The notes below the pieces were generated by a model, which was not told where the DNA came from, ran no database searches, and was given only the letters and a program-made list of their open reading frames with translations. A stretch of 64,000 bases of DNA from Mustelus asterias (Eukaryota). The stretch is from assembly GCF_964213995.1 (NCBI RefSeq), contig NC_135813.1, forward strand, positions 72,912,001-72,976,000, given 5' to 3'. Made by a program: the position numbers and the translations under genes. Position 1 is the stretch's first letter, and the number at the start of each line of letters is the position of its first letter. Shown here one piece after another: positions 12,016 through 23,316 of the stretch.

Positions 12016-13567
12016 AGGTTCTGTTCTACGTTATCTGCTGCATTGGAATAAAAAAATGAACATTATTTCAACGTCCTTAAGAACTGCCATGTGTTTTGCC
12101 ATGTGTCTATATGGGGTCATTTGGAGTTTGTTTACTCTCCCTGAGTAAGCTGCTTAAGACTATAGGTTGTTAAAACTAATTATCTTTACTTACAGCTAGA
12201 GCTAATATACCTATTAAGACCTTAGCATCAGGTCAGAATTCCTCCTTCCCACAGACCTCTGTTATTCCTTCATGTTGCGTTAAATCATCATTACATCAGC
12301 ATCATGTGCTTCTGATGTTAACCCTTTAGTTTACATATTCCAATTAGGATTGAGATTTGAATCTCTTTTGCATGTGCTCATATCTGAACGTCTTGTAAAA
12401 ACCCGAATTATATAGTTAGAGACATCTTGCAACACAAGGTCAATCCATATAAATTACCACAATGAAGGTTTCTACAAATGAAGTGAAAACAGTGTTTGCC
12501 TTTGCTCGGAACAGAATGTCAAGAAATGTTTCCTGTAGGAATCAAACAAGCCTGGCAAATATCATAGACTTTTTGCTCAGACTCAGGCACTCAGCCTGAG
12601 AACTCTGAACTTTTATTTTCTGTTACGATGGCCATGAAGGACAAGAGGGATCACCAACAGATGTCCCCATGGGCTTTGTGGAGTACAAGCAAAGGCCGGC
12701 CCAATGGGGGGGAATGAGCAGCAAGGGGTTAGAACCATTGCTTCAACCCAGACCAGTATACTGTAGTTCTCTGTGTGTTGACTTGCATGCTGTAAGCCGC
12801 AGGTACAACTCTTTCTTGTATTATTATTAAAGGGTTTTTGGTGATGGAAGATTGGCAAAATTATTACACTTTCAAATCAATGAAAATATGTGGAATTACA
12901 ATCACAGCATAAACGACATAGCTCTCATAGAAGCAGTAATGTGCTTGAATTATTGCTGCAAATATTTCAAATTACTCCAGTTAGAGCATGTAAAACTAGC
13001 TCACAACAAATAACAAGGTATCGAGACTATCTTGACCATGTCAGAATCCATGAGGACATCGCTTTTAACTGTCTTCCACATTACATATTCAAGAGTTGAT
13101 AATTTACAGAATTAAAAAAGAAGGATTCCAGCTTCCGATGATCATTGTCCTAAATTAGTCGCGACACAATTCTTCAGATAAACCATTCACAACTGAGAAA
13201 ATCAGAGGAAGAGCTAACTCTTGGTGCTGTCCACACAGATGTGTTTATATGCAATTTGCATATATGTAATGCTGAACATACAGTGGGGAAGACTGAGCAA
13301 GTATTCCCCATGAAGGTATGAAGGGCCCAACATGTCCTTGTTGAGTAATCTTGGTGAAAAGGAAGGCATTGCACCCAATTTTACCATCGCGTTTGCATGT
13401 ATTTAAATTGATTTAATGGGCTGCATGCCCAATTTTACCGGCACTTCCGCCTTTACCACTGCGTTCACCCATCCAGAATCGGCGCAAAACAGACATGCTC
13501 CATCGAAGTCCGATTTGGGTGCTCCAGTTAGTGAGGGGGTAAGTGCTGAGCATCTGATGGCTCTCTG

Positions 13568-13738
13568 NNNNNNNNNNNNNNNNNNNNNNNNNNNNNNNNN
13601 NNNNNNNNNNNNNNNNNNNNNNNNNNNNNNNNNNNNNNNNNNNNNNNNNNNNNNNNNNNNNNNNNNNNNNNNNNNNNNNNNNNNNNNNNNNNNNNNNNNN
13701 NNNNNNNNNNNNNNNNNNNNNNNNNNNNNNNNNNNNNN
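13568..13738. other. assembly gap (171 N)
   Basis: run of N adjacent to a G-rich minisatellite. Confidence 1.
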
Positions 13739-14030
13739 CACTGTCACTCTGCTTAAGATCAGTGTGGGGAGGGGGGAGGGATCCGCTGCCACTTTGCCTG
13801 AGATCAGTGGAGGGAAAGGGGGGTCAACTGCTACTCTGCTTGAGGTCAGTGGGTAGGTGGTGGGGAGGGAAGGGGGGTCTGCTACCACTCTTCCTGAGAT
13901 GAGTGGAGGGAAAGGGGAGTCCATTGCCACTCTGCGTGAGATCAAGGGGAGGAGGGGGGTCCACTGCTACTCTTCCTGAGATCAGTGGAGGGGAAGGGGG
14001 GTCCGCTGCCACTCTGCCTGAGATCAGTGG
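13739..14030. repeat. ~39-bp G-rich minisatellite
   Basis: about 7 copies of CCRCTGCCACTCTGCCTGAGATCAGTGGAGGGGAAGGGGGGT. Confidence 0.9.
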
Positions 14031-14767
14031 GGGTGGAAGAGTGGAGGGGCTGCGATCGGTCTGTGCGTCGGAGGGTGGGGGTTGGGGGATGGGGCAATGT
14101 CTGTGGGACAAGGGGGAGGCTTTATCCAGCCGGGAGGGGTGTGGCAGGGGAGCAGAATTCTAACATTTATTTTCTGCGCATGCGCAGTTGGAGGCGCCGA
14201 TCGGAGCTGCAGGATTTTGGGTGTGTTAAGCCCCGCCCACAGGCTTCTGCACCGCGATTCGGAATCGCTGATATTTGTTCAGGCAGAGTGCCTGTGGAGG
14301 CACCTCAGATCTAAAAGTCAGATCTGAAATACTCCCAGTTTCAAGTCCACCCAGCACTTAGAATCAAAATGATAAAATAGGGCCCATTGTGTGAAGATTG
14401 GAGCAATTTCAGGAAAGTACCCAAAGACTAATTTGTCCCTGTTTGCTAATGCTTTGGGGTTCCCAACCATTTAACAAAATAAATAATTCCACTCCAAGTT
14501 CCACCACAATACTATAGCCATCTCTCAATTCCAACCTGATATGTCTTCTTACACTCCAGCATCTTATTGGAACATTTCCCTATTTATTGTCCTGCTCACT
14601 TCTCTTATTAGGACTTAATTGGTTCTAACATACTTCGCATCACCAGTTACGCCATTAACAAAATCTCTTCACTTTCCCATAAGTAGCCTCTGCACCCAAT
14701 AAATTCTTCAGTGTGCCATCTCATGCTAATTTCTCCTAGCTTACCTAGTACAGAAAATCTTCTATTT

Positions 14768-15060
14768 TAAAGTTTATTTATTCGTGTCACAAGTAGGGCT
14801 TACATTAAAACTGCAATGTAGTTACTGTGAAAATCCCCTGGTCGCCACACTTCGGTGCCTGTTTGGGTACACCGAGGGAGAATTTAGCATGGCCAATGCA
14901 CTTAACCAGCATGCCTTTTGAACTATGGGAGGAAGCCAGAGCACCCGGAGGAAACCCATGCAGACACGGGGAAAGCGTGCAGGCTCCGCACAGACAGGAA
15001 GTGAACTCAGGTCCATGGCACTCTGAGGCAGCAGTGCTAACCACTGTGCCACCGTGCCCC
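14768..15060 (-). mobile_element. HE1-derived SINE with alternative (Rex1-like) tail
   Basis: HE1 head and V-domain, then ...GGATTTTCACAGTAAC...CTACTTGTGACAC-AATAAATAAAC. Confidence 0.85.
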
Positions 15061-15235
15061 CCGTGCCATGCAAACCAAAACCCAAAAGTAAACTTGATAA
15101 GTCATCTCAACTCTTTTCTAGTTGTATTTTACCACAAGAATGTATTTATACTAAAGTCAGAAGCCACTCTTGGAGACTTTAAACACTAAATGAAAACATT
15201 TGTTGACAAAAGAAAAGAAAACTTAAGCATACAAG

Positions 15236-15445
15236 GGGCAGGATTTTCTAGCCGCACGCACCCCAAAACCAGAAAATCTTACCCGAACACAATGGACATT
15301 TCCATGGTCCGCCCTCAATGGAGCACTGCTGACTTTTTTTTATCCGCTAATGCAAATTTCTATTCATGTCTTAGTTGGTTGTAGAATATTTTAATTTGAC
15401 CCTGTTTACTACGATTTAATGGTGGGCACTCGGAAAAGTTCCGGT
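15236..15445. mobile_element. 128-bp-family MITE with a 94-bp insert
   Basis: flanks align to 44218-44344 and to the reverse complement of 31459-31586. Confidence 0.7.
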
Positions 15446-15631
15446 GAAGGTTGCATTTACATGGTTAAAATCAGTCTTACTGAACATTCTCCCAAAGTGA
15501 TTTCCTACTTGTTAGACTCAGAAAAATGCTTTCTTTTCAGCAATAATTCCTTATATATATTTAATCTATAAAATCCAGCAACATACCTCCAAAACAAAGC
15601 TACTTTCATTTCAGTGAGAGATACACACCTT

Positions 15632-15748
15632 GGACAGAATTTTATGGCCTTTCTCGTCCTAAAACCATAAAATTCTGCCTGAGGTCAACAGACCTTTCCA
15701 TGGTCCACCCCTTGCCTGCTCAGATTCCCGGGGTGAGACATTCTGGCC
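15632..15748. mobile_element. 128-bp-family MITE (internally deleted)
   Basis: GAGGTCAACAGACCTTTCCATGGTCC core. Confidence 0.65.
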
Positions 15749-16084
15749 AATGTCTCACTCCTCTCTTAATCTCTGCTATAGAACTTCATACTTCATCATT
15801 TAACAATGGAGCACAGCAGACCTTCTTTATCCCCTAGTGCAAATTTCTATCCATGTCTTAGTTGGTTGTAGAAAATTTCAATTTGACCCATATTTACATC
15901 AAGTGCCTGCCTTTAACACCGAGCTGCTTTGATTTCCTTAACTTTGTAGACATTCAGTCCTAGCTTAATTAAATTAGTCACAGACACACATACACAATAC
16001 ACACACACAGCCTCCATAAGCCTGCTTCACAAAATACCCTTGCAGTAGACCCCAAAATATTGAAAATAATAACTTTTTCTTCAG

Positions 16085-16868
16085 ATGGGTCACTGAAAGC
16101 TAATGTGTAGGTGCAGAGAGCAATTAAGAAGGAAAATGATATGTTGGCCTTTATTACAAGAGGATTTTAGTGTATATACATATACCTTATGGCAATTATA
16201 TAAAGCCTTGGTGAGCCGCACCTGGGGTATTCTGTGCAGTTTTAGTCTCCTTAATAAGGACAGATATACTTGTCATAGGGGGAGTGCAATGAAGGTTCAC
16301 TAAGTTAATTCATGGGATGGAGGGATTGTGCTATGAGGAAAGGTTAAATAAACTGGGCCTTTATGAAAGGTGATTTCATTCAAACATACAAAATGCTGAC
16401 AGGACTCAGCAGCATATATGCAGGAAGGATGTTTCCCCTTTCCCCTTTCCCATGATATTCCCATGATGGTAGGGGAAGGATGTTTCCACTTTCCCATCTC
16501 CCATGATATTCCCATGATGACAGGGGAAGGATGTTTCCCCTGGCTGAGGAGTGGGTGGTGTGGGGTGAGTCTAGAACCAAGGGACACATAAGGAGCAGGT
16601 CATTTAGGACTGAGATGAGGAGGAATTTCTTCACTTAGAGGGTGGGGAATCTTTGGAATTCTTTACACTGTGGAGATTCAGTCATTGATTATGCTCAAGG
16701 CAAAGATCAGTGGATTTCTAAATATTAAAACCACCAAGAAATATGGGAATAGTGCAGGGAAATGGTGTTGAAGTGGCAGATCACCCTTGGTGTCACTAAA
16801 TGGTGGAACTGGTTTGAAGGGCTGAATAGCCTACCCAGCTCATACTTCTTGTGATCTTATGTTCTTAT
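16085..16868 (+). mobile_element. decayed CR1 3' fragment with an internal ~50-bp tandem insert
   Basis: QLYKALV motif, TTTAGGACTGAGATGAGGAGGAATTTCTTC, TCTTATG tail. Confidence 0.8.
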
Positions 16869-16869
16869 G

Positions 16870-17625
16870 GATGGGATGCCAATAAAGCAGACTGCTTTGT
16901 CCTGAATGGTGTCGAGCTTCTAATGTGTTGTTGATGTTGCACTCAACCAGGAAAGCAGAGAGCATTTCATCACACTCCTGTCTTGTGCCTTGTGGATGGT
17001 GGACAGGCTTTGAGGAGTAAGGAGGTGAGTTACTCTGCGCAGAATTCCTTCTAACCTGTAGCCACAGAATTGATTCGGATGGTCCAGTTCAGTTTCTGCT
17101 CAATGTTGGCCCCCAGGATGATTATAGTGGGGTTTCAGCAATGGTGATACCATTGAATATCATGGGAGATGATTAGATTCCATTACGTTGAAGATGGTTG
17201 TGGCTTGGCAGGTGTGTGACACAAATGTCATAGAATTATAGAAGATAGGAGCAGGAGGAGGCCATTTGGCCCTTCGAACTTGCTGTGCCATTCATTACAA
17301 TCATGGCTGACCATCCAACTCAATAGCATAATATAGAAACATAGAAGATAGGACCGGAAGGTGTCACTTGCCACTGATCAGCCCAAGTCTGAATGTTGTC
17401 CAGGCCTTGCTGTGCATGGGTACAGACTGTGTCACTATCTGAGGAGTTGTGAATGAAGCTGAAGATTGTGCAATCATCAACAAACATTTTCACTTCTGGC
17501 CTTATGATGGAGGGAAGATCATCAATGAAACAGCTGAAGATGGTTGGGGCGAGGACACTCCTCTGAGGAATTCCTGCAGTGACGTCCTGTGACTGAGGTG
17601 ATTGGTGTGCAACAACCTCAACCAT
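16870..17625 (-). mobile_element. CR1/L2-group LINE RT fragment of a second family, interrupted at ~17230-17360 by CR1 tail pieces
   Basis: AGIPQRSVLAPTIFSCFIDDL...MFVDD resembles RT motifs 4-5. Confidence 0.75.
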
Positions 17626-18467
17626 CACTTTGACATCTACTTCGCTATCTTCATCCACTTATCTGCTCTTTACTCTTCCACACTCATAACAGATGAGTGG
17701 TGGAGTTGAGTGGGGAGCTACATTTTAATTTTTTAACCACCTAAATCCCTCACATGCATGAGGAGAGATCATTTTACCTCCCCATGGAAAGCAGCAATTT
17801 CTTTCAGTTGATGGAGCATATTTTTGAAGGTGAAATGCTATTTAAATGTATAAATACAAGTCAAACTCAATACATTTCTAATTTTTTGAGATGCAAATTC
17901 ATTTTGACAGGTCAAGCATTATCTGTCTGAGCTGTGGGCAAAAATTTACATCTGATCAATTTTTCATTACGTCCTCCTGAGTTTGAAGTATGATGTAGAG
18001 CAAGGTTGATTGTTCTTTTAAAAAATTGCAGTTATCACTTTATATTAATAGAATCATTTTTAACTTTTTCCCATATACTTACAGGGAAGCTCATGTCATA
18101 GTATTTCAGTCACAGCTGGATGTCAAAGGTTACAAGTTTACATCGAAGAGGTGTAAATTTTTGATATATTTACCATACTTACAGGGTCATAAGATTTCCA
18201 TTCCCAAGGTGGGTTGTTGCTGCTCTGCACCACAGTGCCACTTCTCTCATATCACTTTCCTCCCCTGAAAGGAAATAACTACCGGAAATAATTACTAAAA
18301 CAAAAAGGTGAGTGGAACTAATAGATGAGAATGAAGAATTTCACGTAATACTCATCCACACTAGGCACATCCACACTCGGCACATCCACATCAACTAGGC
18401 ATTGTGAAACCCGCTGCTTAGGCTTTGTACAAGAGAAAATAGAATTAAATTTTGCATTGCAACAGCT

Positions 18468-18766
18468 GGGGTGGTGATGGCCTCGTGGTATTATTACTCG
18501 ACTATTAATCCAGAAACTCAGCTAATGCTCTGGGGACCTGGGTTCGAATCTTGCCAAGGCAGGTGGTGGAATTTGAATTCAATTTTTAAAAAATCTGGAA
18601 TTAAGAATCTACTGATGACCATAAAACCATTGTCAGAAAAACCCCTCTGGTTCATTAATGCCCTTTAGGGAAGGAAATCTCTTTAGGGAAGGGAATGCCC
18701 TCGTGGAACTAGGGATGGGCAATGGCCAGCCAGCGATGCCTATGTCCCAGGAATGTATAAGAAAAA
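18468..18766 (+). mobile_element. tRNA-derived SINE, second family
   Basis: box B GGTTCGAATC; core GGAATTTGAATTCAAT...CCTTTAGGGAAGGAAATCT; homologous to 44590-44965 and 57285-57675. Confidence 0.75.
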
Positions 18767-18989
18767 GTTAGAGATTACATATGAATTTGTTGCTATATTT
18801 TTATATAGAGTTGTGCATGATTTGGGAATGACCATTTTTGTTTGTAGTGGTCTCTCCTTAAACATAAAGCAACTGCACAATTAATTGATTGAAATAGCTG
18901 AGTGCATCTATAAGTTGGGTAGAATATTTGCACACAAAACTTCTCCCTTTAGCCCAATGCCCTGCAAGAAAAGTTACTGACACGCACTG

Positions 18990-20330
18990 CAGGTGATAGA
19001 GGGAGATAACCAGAGGTCCATGATCAGGTCATCTACCCATTGCCTCAGACAGGGGTCAGTGACTGTGCTATGGATCATCTATAATGGGAGAGAAAAGATC
19101 TTTTAGAAAGACGGCATAAAAAATAATTGTGAAAACTTCACTTGCAAATGGAAAGACCATGGGATAAAGGGTCAGTATCATTATGGATACTACATTGGTT
19201 AAGGGACGGAAAGCAGGCCGTAGAAGTGAATGCTTTTCAGACTGGATGGTCAGATAATGTAGTGTCTTCCGGGAATCAGTAATAGGACAACTGTTGTCTT
19301 TTATATATATCAATGCTCTGGACTTAGGTACACAGTGCATCATTTCAAAATTTACAGAGAATACAAAGCTCAGAAATGTATTAAATGATGAAATGGATAA
19401 TAACAGACTTCAGGAGAGCACAGACAGACTGATAACATGGCCAAGCAAATGGCAAATGAAATTTAATTCAGAGACGCATGAAGTGATATATGTTGGAATG
19501 AAGAACAGGGCCAGATGATATGAAATAAGTGGTACAACCTTAAAAGCTGAGAGGAAGAGAGAGGCATTGAGGGGGGTAAAAAAAATTAAGGCCGGAATTC
19601 TCCAGCTGATCACGCCGGTGGAATTCTCCAGTCCTGCCAGCACCCCCGCCCACAGGTTTCCCACTGGCGTGGGGTGATGTCAATGGAAATTCCCATTGAC
19701 AGTGGTGGGGACCAGAGAATCCCACCGCTAGCAAACAACGTGCCACCTCCCGCCAGCGGGAAACATGCGGCTGGGAGGCCAAGAATCTTGCCCTAAATCT
19801 TTGACGGTGACAGGACAAGATGAGAAAGTTACTAAAAATGCACATATTATCCTTGACTTTATTAGTAGGAGAATGGGGTACAAAAACAAGGCAATTAGGC
19901 TAAAATTAGGCTTTAGAAGACACTAGTTAGGCTTCAGTTGGATATATTGAGTTCAATTCAGGGCACCACAGTTTAGGAATGGTGTCAAGACCTTTGGAGA
20001 GGATACAGAAGAAATATTCCTAGAATGGTGCCAGTGATGAGGGGCTTCCTTTATGTGGAGAGATGGCAAGAGCTGGTGTTGTCCTCAAAGCAGAAAGGGT
20101 TAAGAAGAGATTTGATAGAGGTGTCCAAAATCTTGAATGGTTTTAAGTACATAAGGAGAAACCATTTTTAATGACAGTGAGGTTTGCAAATAGAGAGTAG
20201 AGGTTTTAGGTGATTGGCAGAAAAGAAAACAATGAACAGAAATACCTTTTTTTTAATGCAGTGTGTTGTTGGAAGCTGGAATACCCTGCCTGAAAGAGTG
20301 ATGAAAGCAGATTCATTCAGAAGAAAAATG
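18990..20330 (+). mobile_element. old CR1 ORF2 relic
   Basis: IYINALD...ISKFTENTKL resembles IYINDLD...ISKFADDTK; KWQMKFN. Confidence 0.75.
19590..19793. mobile_element. 204-bp Harbinger-like MITE inserted in CR1
   Basis: TIRs GGCCGGAATTCT / AGAATCTTGCCC, TSD TAA (19587-19589, 19794-19796), internal palindrome GTCAATGGAAATTCCCATTGAC. Confidence 0.8.
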
Positions 20331-20469
20331 GATGGATTCTCTCTCTCCCTTTCCACATCTAACAATTCCCTCTGCATCTGTAGCTAACTATTCCTGGAAC
20401 TGGTCATTAGTCTGCCAGGGGCTTATAGCGCGAACGGCACAACACCACATTAAGCACAGCCACACTCAC

Positions 20470-20664
20470 AGACAAATTAAGGGGCAATTTAGCCTGGCCA
20501 ATCCACCTTTGGACCGTGGGAGGAAACCACAGCTCCTGGTTAATAACCACACAGACATGGAGAGAAAGTGCAAACTCCACACAGGCAGCCACCCAGGCTG
20601 GAACCAAACCCAGATCCCTGGTGCCGTGAGGCAGCAGTGCTAGCCACTGTGCCACTGTACTGCC
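20470..20664 (-). mobile_element. diverged HE1-type SINE
   Basis: head and V-domain on the minus strand. Confidence 0.75.
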
Positions 20665-21666
20665 TGGATGAATACCAGAAGGGAATATTATAGAGGGCTA
20701 TGGGGAAAGAACATGTCAGTGGAATTAAATGGAGCTGAAATAGGACTTTTGAGGTTGAGTGCTCTCTAATCGCACATAATTATTTTGATTCCTACAATTG
20801 CCCTCTTTAAAACCACCTCAGTTTGAGAGCACTTGCCTTTTACTTTCCATCATACTTTTCTCCTAAACTCCCCAGTTATATCAAAGCAAAATATCATAGT
20901 GTTTTATCATAAATGTCTTAGAAATCATCAGTTGGGGCATGGAGGGTTTGTATATACATTCCATTATTTATTTGCATTGCAACTTGGGCACGCATTAAAG
21001 TAGAGTTTGCAAAAAAGTCTTCTGTATCTATTCAATGTGATCATAATCACCTATCACTTTTGGGATACACAATATATATGAATTGCTAAATAAATAATCG
21101 CATGGACTACCAATTATTGCAGTTAAAAGCTCCCTTGCTTTAGTTGTTGGTTCTCCACTTACATTATTAATGATAAAAATTGAGCAGGAATAGCATCGAA
21201 GTCCCAGCACAAATGCTAGACATGTACAGTACGAAAGGTGAGACTGGATGCCTACAATGTATAAATATATGAAAGCTGTACCTCTGTTCATATAACTGAG
21301 ATGTTATTTATCTGAGGTACAAGATTGCTGGCTTTCTATCTTCAAATTCATCGAGTAGCATTGTACAGGAGGAGGCAATTCAGTCGATAAAGTCTGCACC
21401 AGTTCTTTCAAGGACAATCCAGTAAGTCTCACCACTTTTTCCCCACATCACCCAGAATATTTTTCTCCCTTTTAATGGCTCCTATTGACTCTGCGTGCAA
21501 AACTTTATTTCTCAATGCATTTCAAACTTGTTGCATAATAACAGTTTTTCTCATTTCACGCTGCTTCTTTTGTCAATTATCAAAATTTTGTCAAAATTTC
21601 ATCAAGGCCAAATTAATGAGTCAATGGGGCATTTGTGTCCCTTTGTGGGGTTTGTCAGAATTGAAC

Positions 21667-21782
21667 CCTCAGTGTATCTGAACAGGCACCTGAGTGTGGT
21701 GACTAGGGGATTTTCACAGTAACTTCATTGCAGTGTTAATGTAAACCTACTTGTGACACTAATAAATAAACCTTAAACTTTA
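21667..21782 (+). mobile_element. 5'-truncated SINE, Rex1-like tail only
   Basis: matches the tail of 42965-43272. Confidence 0.8.
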
Positions 21783-22617
21783 ATTTCTCGAAATGTATCA
21801 GAATTCCCATCCTTCAGAAAGCAGATATACTTAGGACCTCGAGCATCTTCTCCAAATGCAGGCATCATGGTGAATTCCCTGGACATTTTCAAGTTGTAGT
21901 CAACCATTTTCAGTTCCGAATTCCAGGGCTTTTGCGCAGTCTGGGATGGAAAGGATTAGCTTCATGCAACAAGTGCTAGTGAGGAGAAGTGGGAAAGAAT
22001 TGTAACAAACTGAACTATCCTAAACGTAAGCACAAGATGACAGATTATATGACTGAGACCAACATCAAAATTCAGATCAAAATCTCTACTGACAACATCA
22101 CATGAGTCACCATTGTGATGCCGTTGTTCTCTGTGGCTCATAAGAACAACATTTAAGATTATATTTTTTTGCTCAAACAGTTAACTTTGAAATAGATTGA
22201 AGCAAACATGAATATCAATACATTATTCAAATATAACAATGTGGTATCAACATGAGACTTCAAGAAAGAAATGCATTGTAAAAGGAATTGGCTGTTTTAT
22301 GGAAATTGCCATTATCTGGGTCTAGTGTTTGCAATGTATAATTTATATATAAACCTATGCCTGCCTTTTGGTGCATCCAATAAAAAAATACACGAGCGTT
22401 ACTGATATTTGAAATGTGATTTTGTTTTTTGTTCTGTAGTAAACACGTCGTTTTTATAGTTTAGTCATCACAAACTGCCGTTTTGTTTACACAGTCAGGA
22501 CAAAGAATAAAATAATGTTTGGATCAAATCCCAAACCCACCTTATGGCTTCAGAAATTAGGTCACATATCTTTATTTTAAAATAATACAGTCTCTTGCAT
22601 TTTAATATAGCTCGATA

Positions 22618-22908
22618 GGGCGGCACAGTAGCACAATGGTTAGCACTGCTGCCTCGCAGCGCCAGGGACCCGGGTTCAATTCCGGCCTTAGGTCACTATC
22701 TATGTAGAGTTTGCACATTCTCCCCATGTCTGCATAGGTTTCCTCCCACACTCCAAAGATATGTGGATTAGGTTGATTGATCTCAGTGTCAGGAGGATTA
22801 GCAGGGTAAATGTGTGGGGAATAGGGTCTGGGTGGGATTGTGGTCAGTGCAGACTCGGTGAGCCAAATGGCCTCCTTCTGCTCTGCAGGGATTTTATGAT
22901 TCTATGAT
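22618..22908 (+). mobile_element. HE1-type V-SINE
   Basis: A/B boxes, V-domain, tail. Confidence 0.9.
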
Positions 22909-23316
22909 TGGACAGAATGTGCAAATGAAGACACACATTGTGCTATTTTTAAACTCCAATTGGTTTACAATGTGCATTCTCCCCATCCTCCAAATCTAAT
23001 TTTTTGGTACATTCGAGGAAAACCTTTAATGGGGGTGGGTTGGGAATGAATTGACACAATCGGGGCAATATTGAGCCTACACGTGCTGTCTGCGGGAATG
23101 GCAGGGGGATTCAAGATCCGGCAAAAACCCGGAAGTCGCAAATCTTGCCGGCGAGATCGCAACTTCTGATCTTCGCTGTGTCTGGATGGTGACATAATCT
23201 GGTAATTTCCATAAATCAGCAAATTATTAAAGACCCCCCCCCCCCCCACCGCTGTATATTGGGTCCTTGCCGTGGGTTGAATTCTGGCTCCAATCTCTCC
23301 GGAATCGGTTGCATTC

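Larger units (their letters stand above)
13371..14385. mobile_element. non-autonomous Harbinger-like element with internal minisatellite, spanning an assembly gap
   Basis: TIRs GCACCCAATTTTACCAT / ATGATAAAATAGGGCCC, TSD ATT (13368-13370, 14386-14388); same TIR type as 50810-51940. Confidence 0.75.

Noticed and set aside
13739-14030. CRISPR-like periodic repeat
   Set aside because: Units are head-to-tail without unique spacers, in a vertebrate context with no cas genes; a minisatellite.
18353-18400. 15-bp triplication CATCCACACTAGGCA
   Set aside because: Ordinary short slippage duplication.
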